Below are positions 51,889 through 64,000 of a stretch of 64,000 bases of DNA, piece after piece; position 1 is the first letter of the stretch; the number at the start of each line of letters is the position of its first letter. The notes beneath the pieces were generated by a model. That model had not been told where the DNA came from. It saw only the letters and a program-made list of their open reading frames with translations, and did not search any database. The DNA comes from the human T2T-CHM13v2.0 reference genome, Homo sapiens. The DNA lies in assembly GCF_009914755.1 (NCBI RefSeq), contig NC_060948.1; one strand, 5' to 3'. The translations under genes were made by a program, and so were the position numbers.

Positions 51889-52058
51889 CTATATTAAATA
51901 TATATTATTTATATATATTTATTATATATTTAATATATATTATATATAATATAAATATATTTAATATATATAATATATATTAAATATATATTATATGACC
52001 TATATATATATATATTATATAATATATATTTATAATAATATAAATATATATTATATGT
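51889..52058. repeat. 170-bp AT-rich insertion unique to monomer U22
   Basis: The unit is 2590 bp instead of ~2420. The extra sequence lies between ...attatatgac and (t/a)atgttattaattac and is built from copies of the adjacent motif. Confidence 0.9.
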
Positions 52059-53129
52059 AATGTTATTAATTACATGTCACATGTGTTATATATTATATAT
52101 TTTACATAGAATATACCGGTTACATACAATATATACTATGTTACCTACAATGTATAATTGATTACATGTAAAATAAAGAATGCAATATATTATGTATAAT
52201 TTATAATATACAATATGTGGAATGTGATATATATAACATATAATATATGATATATGATATAGAGTATATGATATATAACATACAATATATGATACCTAAT
52301 ATATATGGTATACAATATATATTTTATGATATGTATTCTATATGTAATATATTCTCTTATATATAACTATTTGAAATTATATATAACTGTATAATATTTT
52401 ATGTAAATATGTAATATAATATATATAAGTATATAATATATTATATATAACTATATATTATGTTATATATACTTTTATAACATAATTTACATAAAATATC
52501 ATAATATAATATATATTATATTATTTCATATTACATAATATATATTACATATCACCCAATATAAGTAACATACATAATATTATAATATAGATTATATTAT
52601 GTTATATTAAATATCATATATATCATGTATCATATATTCTATAATATATATTATACATTATATAATATGTATGTTGTCTTTTATGTGATATATATAACTA
52701 TATATATAATTATATTATTATACATATAACTAGATAAACATGTAATTCTACATATTTTCATTTATAATATAGAGAATTATATAATCATATATAATTATTT
52801 ATATTCCATAAAAAATTATATCATTATATAAATTATAATATATAAAAATTATAATATGTACTACAAATATATATATTATATATCATATATGATATAGTAC
52901 CTTTGTTATATATCATAAAACATATAAATGTGTATTATGTTATCTATAATTATATAATTTCATATATAAGATGTATAATATGTATCATATATTATATATG
53001 TTATGTAATATATATAGTATATATAAGATGACACAGGATAAATATTATATACTATGACATATAAAATATACGAGGTTATATGTTACATATAAGGCATAGC
53101 ACATAACATGTAATATATATCATATATAA

Positions 53130-53421
53130 TTTTTTTTTAGACAGAGCCTTGTCGTGTTGCACAGGGTGGGGTACAATGGCGCCATCTTTGCTCACTGCAA
53201 CATCTGCCTCACGGGTCCAAGCGATTGTCCTCCCTCAGCCTCCCAGGTAGCTGGGACTACACCACACTGGGACTACACCAGCTGCCACCATGCCTAGCTA
53301 ATTTTTTGGATTTTTAGTAGTGACAGCATTTCACTGTATTGGCCAGGATGGTATTGATCTCTTCACCTTGTGATCCCCTTGCCTTGGCATCCAAATTTGC
53401 TGGGATTACAGGCCTGAGCCA
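53130..53421 (-). mobile_element. Diverged Alu, U22
   Basis: Copy of the 2152-2443 element with agagccttgtcg variant. Confidence 0.93.
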
Positions 53422-55547
53422 AGATCCATATTTTGTAAATGAAAAAAAATTTCAAAGGTACTCTGCTTGGTACAATAATCAAATGTATAAACTGAGGAAT
53501 AAAACGTAACCATGAAACCTACTTATAACTGCATATGGAAAATACAGAGGATAATTTTTTAAATAACATATTTTGAAAGCCTTAACTAGTAATTTGAAGA
53601 GTTGGCATTTGAAAGGCCAGTATGAATATACCTTCAAAGCAGCAACACAGGTTCCCCATGAGAAAAAGCAAACTCAGGGAAAATGAAACCACAAAGGTTC
53701 AATCTCTTCTGACCTTTGAAAGACACAGCACAGACAGTGGTCCTTAGGACGAAGAGCAGGAGACCCCTAATTCCGTCACCATGGCGATAGGGCATAAACA
53801 TTGCTGGGTGAGGGCACAATCCACATTGTGAGGTCCAACTGCTGCCAGGAAGACAGGAGTGCTTTTACATAGACCGAAAGGTCATTGAAGGCTCAGAGTT
53901 TTGTTTCAAGAACTGAATCCCAAGCCCTCACGTTATTAGGCTGCGCTTCTTAAAACAAGTTATGAGATGGGAAAAAGGGCACCCACAAACATACGTATAT
54001 ATTATGTATATAATAATATACAGTATCATATATATAATATATATAACCTATGTATAATATTGTTTTACATCCTGCATCTTATGTTATATATATTGTATAA
54101 AATATAATAATTGATAATATATAAGTTTTATATTTATACAATATGACATATAGTATATATTATAATTTATGACGTATATAATATATGTTATATATCATAT
54201 ATAGAATATATTATACGGTTAATATACGTATTAAATATAAATTATACATTATATATTATATATAATATATCTGTTATATATAATACTCATTATGCATAAT
54301 ATATATATTATGTCTATGTTATATATAGTATAAAACAACATATAATAATATATAATTGTATATATAAAATGCGACATATAATACATATTATATTTTATGA
54401 CATATGTAATATATATTATATATTATATATAATACGTTGTATGTATAATACCTATATTAAATATATATTATATGACTATGTTATTAATTACATGTCACAT
54501 GTGTTATATATTATATATTTTTCATAGAATATACCGGTTACATACAATATATACTCTGTTACCTATAATGTATAATTTATTGCATGTAAAATAAAGAATG
54601 CAATATATTATGTATAATTTATAATATACAATATGTGGAATGTGATATATATAACAGATAATATATGATATATGATATACAGTATATGATATATAACATA
54701 TAATATATGATACCTAGTATATATGGTATACAATATATATTTTACGATATGTATTCTATATGTTTTATATTCTGTTATATATAACTAATTGAAATTATAT
54801 ATAACTGTATAATATTTTATGTAAATATGTAATATAATATATATAACTATATAATATAATATATATAACTATATATTATGTTATATATACTTTTATAACA
54901 TAATTTACATAAAATATCATAATATAATATATATTATATTATTTCATATTACATAATATATATTACATATCACCCAATATAAGTAACATACATAATATTA
55001 AATTATATATTATATTATGTTATATTAAATATTATATATATCATGTATCATATATTCTATAATATATATTACACATTATATAATATGTATGTTGTCTATT
55101 ATGTGATATATATAACTATATATATAATTATATTATTATACATATAACTAGATAAACATGTAATTCTACTCATTTTCATTTATAATATATAGAATTATAT
55201 AATCATATATAATTATTTATATTCTATGAAAAATTATATCATTATATAAATTATAATATATAAAAATTATAATATGTACTACAAATATATATATTATATA
55301 TCATATATGATATAGTACCTTTGTTATATATCATAATACATATAAATGTGTATTATGTTATCTATAATTTTATAATTTCATATATAAGATGTATAATATG
55401 TATCATATATTATATATGTTATGTAATATATATAGTATATATAAGATGACACAGGATAAATATTATATACTATGACATATAAAATATACGAGGTTATATG
55501 TTACATATAAGGCATAGCACATAACATGTAATATATATCATATATAA

Positions 55548-55839
55548 TTTTTTTTTAGACAGAGCCTTGTCGTGTTGCACAGGGTGGGGTACAATGGCGC
55601 CATCTTTGCTCACTGCAACATCTGCCTCACGGGTCCAAGCGATTGTCCTCCCTCAGCCTCCCAGGTAGCTGGGACTACACCACACTGGGACTACACCAGC
55701 TGCCACCATGCCTAGCTAATTTTTTGGATTTTTAGTAGTGACAGCGTTTCACTGTATTGGCCAGGATGGTATTGATCTCTTCACCTTGTGATCCCCTTGC
55801 CTTGGCTTCCAAATTTGCTGGGATTACAGGCCTGAGCCA
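55548..55839 (-). mobile_element. Diverged Alu, U23
   Basis: Copy of the 2152-2443 element with agagccttgtcg variant. Confidence 0.93.
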
Positions 55840-57965
55840 AGATCCATATTTTGTAAATGAAAAAAAATTTCAAAGGTACTCTGCTTGGTACAAAAATCAA
55901 ATGTATAAACTGAGGAATAAAACGTAACCATGAAACCTACTTATAACTGCATATGGAAAATACAGAGGATAATTTTTTAAATAACATATTTTGAAAGCCT
56001 TAACTAGTAATTTGAAGAGTTGGCATTTGAAAGGCCAGTATGAATATACCTTCAAAGCAGCAACACAGGTTCCCCATGAGAAAAAGCAAACTCAGGGAAA
56101 ATGAAACCACAAAGGTTCAATCTCTTCTGACCTTTGAAAGACACAGCACAGACAGTGGTCCTTAGGACGAAGAGCAGGAGACCCCTAATTCCGTCACCAT
56201 GGCGATAGGGCATAAACATTGCTGGGTGAGGGCACAATCCACATTGTGAGGTCCAACTGCTGCCAGGAAGACAGGAGTGCTTTTACATAGACCGAAAGGT
56301 CATTGAAGGCTCAGAGTTTTGTTTCAAGAACTGAATCCCAAGCCCTCACGTTATTAGGCTGCGCTTCTTAAAACAAGTTATGAGATGGGAAAAAGGGAAC
56401 CCACAAACATACGTATATATTATGTATATAATAATATACAGTATCATATATATAATATATATAACCTATGTATAATATTGTTTTACATCCTGCATCTTAT
56501 GTTATATATATTGTATAAAATATAATAATTGATAATATATAAGTTTTATATTTATACAATATGACATATAGTATATATTATAATTTATGACGTATATAAT
56601 ATATGTTATATATCATATATAGAATATATTATACGGTTAATATACGTATTAAATATAAATTATACATTATATATTATATATAATATATCTGTTATATATA
56701 ATACTCATTATGCATAATATATATATTATGTCTATGTTATATATAGTATAAAACAACATATAATAATATATAATTGTATATATAAAATGCGACATATAAT
56801 ACATATTATATTTTATGACATATGTAATATATATTATATATTATATATAATACGTTGTATGTATAATACCTATATTAAATATATATTATATGACTATGTT
56901 ATTAATTACATGTCACATGTGTTATATATTATATATTTTTCATAGAATATACCGGTTACATACAATATATACTCTGTTACCTATAATGTATAATTTATTG
57001 CATGTAAAATAAAGAATGCAATATATTATGTATAATTTATAATATACAATATGTGGAATGTGATATATATAACAGATAATATATGATATATGATATACAG
57101 TATATGATATATAACATACAATATATGATACTTAGTATATATGGTATACAATATATATTTTATGATATGTATTCTATATGTTTTATATTCTGTTATATAT
57201 AACTAATTGAAATTATATATAACTGTATAATATTTTATGTAAATATGTAATATAATATATATAACTATATAATATAATATATATAACTATATATAATGTT
57301 ATATATACTTTTATAACATAATTTACATAAAATATCATAATATAATATATATTATATTATTTCATATTACATAATATATATTACATATCACCCAATATAA
57401 GTAACATACATAATATTAAATTATATATTATATTATGTTATATTAAATATTATATATATCATGTATCATATATTCTATAATATATATTACACATTATATA
57501 ATATGTATGTTGTCTATTATGTGATATATATAACTATATATATAATTATATTATTATACATATAACTAGATAAACATGTAATTCTACTCATTTTCATTTA
57601 TAATATATAGAATTATATAATCATATATAATTATTTATATTCTATGAAAAATTATATCATTATATAAATTATAATATATAAAAATTATAATATGTACTAC
57701 AAATATATATATTATATATCATATATGATATAGTACCTTTGTTATATATCATAATACATATAAATGTGTATTATGTTATCTATAATTTTATAATTTCATA
57801 TATAAGATGTATAATATGTATCATATATTATATATGTTATGTAACATATATAGTATATATAAGATGACAAAGGATAAATATTATATACTATGACATATAA
57901 AATATACGAGGTTATATGTTACATATAAGGCATAGCACATAAAATGTAATATATATCATATATAA

Positions 57966-58257
57966 TTTTTTTTTAGACAGAGCCTTGTCGTGTTGCACAG
58001 GGTGGGGTACAATGGCGCCATCTTTGCTCACTGCAACATCTGCCTCACGGGTCCAAGCGATTGTCCTCCCTCAGCCTCCCAGGTAGCTGGGACTACACCA
58101 CACTGGGGCTACACCAGCTGCCAACATGCCTAGCTAATTTTTTGGATTTTTAGTAGTGACAGCGTTTCACTGTATTGGCCAGGATGGTATTGATCTCTTC
58201 ACCTTGTGATCCACTTGCCTTGGCATCCAAATTTGCTGGGATTACAGGCCTGAGCCA
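57966..58257 (-). mobile_element. Diverged Alu, U24
   Basis: Copy of the 2152-2443 element with agagccttgtcg variant. Confidence 0.93.
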
Positions 58258-60360
58258 AGATCCATATTTTGTAAATGAAAAAAAATTTCAAAGGTACTCT
58301 GCTTGGTACAATAATCAAATGTATAAACTGAGGAATAAAACGTAACCATGAAACCTACTTATAACTGCATATGGAAAATACAGAGGATAATTTTTTAAAT
58401 AACATATTTTGAAAGCCTTAACTAGTAATTTGAAGAGTTGGCATTTGAAAGGCCAGTATGAATATACCTTCAAAGCAGCAACACAGGTTCCCCATGAGAA
58501 AAAGCAAACTCAGGGAAAATGAAACCACAAAGGTTCAATCTCTTCTGACCTTTGAAAGACACAGCACAGACAGTGGTCCTTAGGACGAAGAGCAGGAGAC
58601 CCCTAATTCCGTCACCATGGCGATAGGGCATAAACATTGCTGGGTGAGGGCACAATCCACATTGTGAGGTCCAACTGCTGCCAGGAAGACAGGAGTGCTT
58701 TTACATAGACCGAAAGGTCATTGAAGGCTCAGAGTTTTGTTTCAAGAACTGAATCCCAAGCCCTCACGTTATTAGGCTGTGCTTCTTAAAACAAGTTATG
58801 AGATGGGAAAAAGGGCACCCACAAACATACGTATATATTATGTATATAATAATATACAGTATCATATATATAATATATATAACCTATGTATAATATTGTT
58901 TTACATCCTGCATCTTATGTTATATATATTGTATAAAATATAATAATTGATAATATATAAGTTTTATATTTATACAATATGACATATAGTATATATTATA
59001 ATTTATGACGTATATAATATATGTTATATATCATATATAGAATATATTATACGGTTAATATACGTATTAAATATAAATTATACATTATATATTATATATA
59101 ATATATCTGTTATATATAATACTCATTATGCATAATATATATATTATGTCTATGTTATATATAGTATAAAACAACATATAATAATATATAATTGTATATA
59201 TAAAATGCGACATATAATACATATTATATTTTATGACATATGTAATATATATTATATATTATATATAATACGTTGTATGTATAATACCTATATTAAATAT
59301 ATATTATATGACTATGTTATTAATTACATGTCACATGTGTTATATATTATATATTTTTCATAGAATATACCGGTTACATACAATATATACTCTGTTACCT
59401 ATAATGTATAATTTATTGCATGTAAAATAAAGAATGCAATATATTATGTATAATTTATAATATACAATATGTGGAATGTGATATATATAACAGATAATAT
59501 ATGATATATGATATACAGTATATGATATATAACATACAATATATGATACCTAGTATATATGGTATACAATATATATTTTATGATATGTATTCTATATGTT
59601 TTATATTCTGTTATATATAACTAATTGAAATTATATATAACTGTATAATATTTTATGTAAATATGTAATATAATATATATAACTATATAATATAATATAT
59701 ATAACTATATATTATGTTATATATACTTTTATAACATAATTTACATAAAATATCATAATATAATATATATTATATTATTTCATATTACATAATATATATT
59801 ACATATCACCCAATATAAGTAACATACATAATATTAAATTATATATTATATTATGTTATATTAAATATTATATATATCATGTATCATATATTCTATAATA
59901 TATATTACACATTATATAATATGTATGTTGTCTATTATGTGATATATATAACTATATATATAATTATATTATTATACATATAACTAGATAAACATGTAAT
60001 TCTACTCATTTTCATTTATAATATATAGTATTATATAATCATATATAATTATTTATATTCTATGAAAAATTATATCATTATATAAATTATAATATATAAA
60101 AATTATAATATGTACTACAAATATATATATTATATATCATATATGATATAGTACCTTTGTTATATATCATAATACATATAAATGTGTATTATGTTATCTA
60201 TAATTTTATAATTTCATATATAAGATGTATAATATGTATCATATATTATATATGTTATGTAACATATATAGTATATATAAGATGACAAAGGATAAATATT
60301 ATATACTATGACATATAAAATATACGAGGTTATATGTTACATATAAGGCATAGCACATAA

Positions 60361-60675
<315 letters not shown>

Positions 60676-62803
60676 AGATCCATATTTTGTAAATGAAAAA
60701 AAATTTCAAAGGTACTCTGCTTGGTACAATAATCAAATGTATAAACTGAGGAATAAAACATAACCATGAAACCTACTTATAACTGCATATGGAAAATACA
60801 GAGGATAATTTTTTAAATAACATATTTTGAAAGCCTTAACTAGTAATTTGAAGAGTTGGCATTTGAAAGGCCAGTATGAATATACGTTCAAAGCAGCAAC
60901 ACAGGTTCCCCATGAGAAAAAGCAAACTCAGGGAAAATGAAACCACAAAGGTTCAATCTCTTCTGACCTTTGAAAGACACAGCACAGACAGTGGTCCTTA
61001 GGACGAAGAGCAGGAGACCCCTAATTCCGTCACCATGGCGATAGGGCATAAACATTGCTGGGTGAGGGCACAATCCACATTGTGAGGTCCAACTGCTGCC
61101 AGGAAGACAGGAGTGCTTTTACATAGACCGAAAGGTCATTGAAGGCTCAGAGTTTTGTTTCAAGAACTGAATCCCAAGCCCACACGTTATTAGGCTGCGC
61201 TTCTTAAAACAAGTTATGAGATGGGAAAAAGGGCACCCACAAACATACGTATACATTATGTATATAATAATATACAGTATCATATATATAATATATATAA
61301 CCTATGTATAATATTGTTTTACATCCTGCATCTTATGTTATATATATTGTATAAAATATAATAATTGATAATATATAAGTTTTATATTTATACAATATGA
61401 CATATAGTATATATTATAATTTATGACATATATAATATATGTTATATATCATATATAGAATATATTATACGGTTAATATACGTATTAAATATAAATTATA
61501 CATTATATATATTATATATAATATATCTGTTATATATAATACCCATTATGCATAATATATATATTATGTCTATGTTATATATAATAGAAAACAACATATA
61601 ATAATATATAATTTTATATATAAAATGCGACATATAATATATATTATATTTTATGACATATGTAATATATATTATATATTATATATAATACGTTGTATGT
61701 ATAATACGTATATTAAATATATATTATATGACTATGTTATTAATTACATGTCACACATGTTATATATTATATATTTTACATAGAATATACCGGTTACATA
61801 CAATATATACTATGTTACCTATAATGTATAATTTATTACATGTAAAATAAAGAATGCAATATATTACGTATAATTTATAATATACCATATGTGGAATGTG
61901 ATATATATAACATATAATATATGATATATGATATACAGTATATGATATATAACATACAATATATGATACCTAATATATATGGTATACAATATATATTTTA
62001 TGATATGTATTCTATATGTTTTATATTCTGTTATATATAACTATTTGAAATTATATATAACTGTATTATATTTTATGTAAATATGTAATATAATATATAT
62101 AACTATATAATATATTATATATAACTATATATTATGTTATATATACTTTTATAACATAATTTACATAAAATATCATAATATAATATATACTATATTATTT
62201 CATATTACATAATATATATTACATATCACCCAATATAAGTAACATACTTAATATTATAATATAGATTATATTATGTTATATTAAATATCATATATATCAT
62301 GTATCATATATTCTATAATATATATTATACATTATATAATATGTATGTTGTCTATTATGTGATATATATAACTATATATATAAATATATTATTATACATA
62401 TAACTGCATAAACATGTAATTCTACATATTTTCATTTATAATATATAGAAATATATAATCATATATAATTATTTATATTCTATAAAAAATTATATCATTA
62501 TATAAATTATAATATATAAAAATTAAAATATGTACTACAAATATATATATTATATATCATATATGATATAGTACCTTTGTTATATATCATAATACATATA
62601 AATGTGTATTATGTTATCTATAATTATATAGTTTCATATATAAGATGTATAATATGTATTATTTATTATATATGTTATGTAATATATATAGTATATATAA
62701 GCTGACACAGGATAAACATTATATACTATGACATATAAAATATATGAGGTTATATGTTACATATAAGGCATAGCACATAACATGTAATATATATCATATA
62801 TAA

Positions 62804-63095
<292 letters not shown>

Positions 63096-64000
63096 AGATC
63101 CATATTTTGTAAATGAAAAAAAATTTCAAAGGTACTCTGCTTGGTACAATAATCAAATGTATAAACTGAGGAATAAAACATAACCATGAAACCTACTTAT
63201 AACTGCATATGGAAAATACAGAGGATAATTTTTTAAATAACATATTTTGAAAGCCTTAACTAGTAATTTGAAGAGTTGGCATTTGAAAGGCCAGTATGAA
63301 TATTCCTTCAGAGCAGCAACACAGGTTCCCCATGAGAAAAAGCAAACTCAGGGAAAATGAAACCACAAAGGTTCAATCTCTTCTGACCTTTGAAAGACAC
63401 AGCACAGACAGTGGTCCTTAGGACGAAGAGCAGGAGACCCCTAATTCCGTCACCATGGCGATAGGGCATAAACATTGCTGGGTGAGGGCACAGTCCACAT
63501 TGTGAGGTCCAACTGCTGCCAGGAAGACAGGAGTGCTTTTACATAGACCGAAAGGTCATTGAAGGCTCAGAGTTTTGTTTCAAGAACTGAATCCCAAGCC
63601 CACACGTTATTAGGCTGCGCTTCTTAAAACAAGTTATGAGATGGGAAAAAGGGCACCCACAAACATACGTATACATTATGTATATAATAATATACAGTAT
63701 CATATATATAATATATATAACCTGTATATAATATTGTTTTACATCCTGCATCTTATATTATATATATTGTGTAAAATATAATAATTGATAATATATAAGT
63801 TTTATATTTATACAATATGACATATAGTATATATTATAATTTATGACATATATAATATATGTTATATATAATATATAGAATATATTATACGGTTAATATA
63901 CGTATTAAATATAAATTATACATTATATATATTATATATAATAAATCTGTTATATATAATACCCATTATACATAATATATATATTATGTCTATGTTTTAT

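Overview
The whole window is one head-to-tail tandem array of a ~2,420-bp human composite satellite, HSat1B/DYZ2. It most likely lies in Yq12 heterochromatin, although acrocentric HSat1B cannot be excluded from sequence alone. There are 26 complete monomers plus a 928-bp partial. Phased at 'gctgggatta', units U1-U27 start at 1, 2421, 4841, 7260, 9678, 12098, 14518, 16939, 19359, 21779, 24199, 26618, 29036, 31454, 33873, 36287, 38707, 41129, 43549, 45969, 48388, 50809, 53399, 55817, 58235, 60653 and 63073. Each monomer has a ~570-bp mixed-composition HSATI segment, a ~1.55-kb very AT-rich low-complexity segment, and a diverged, slightly 5'-truncated minus-strand Alu. I find no supportable protein-coding gene, RNA gene, CRISPR array or new biological system, and all ORFs are repeat-derived. 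The interesting signal is array evolution. It includes a 170-bp templated fold-back insertion in U22, two interleaved monomer lineages with intra-monomer switches, non-adjacent units sharing private variants, local tandem clusters, and one Alu copy retaining more ancestral states.
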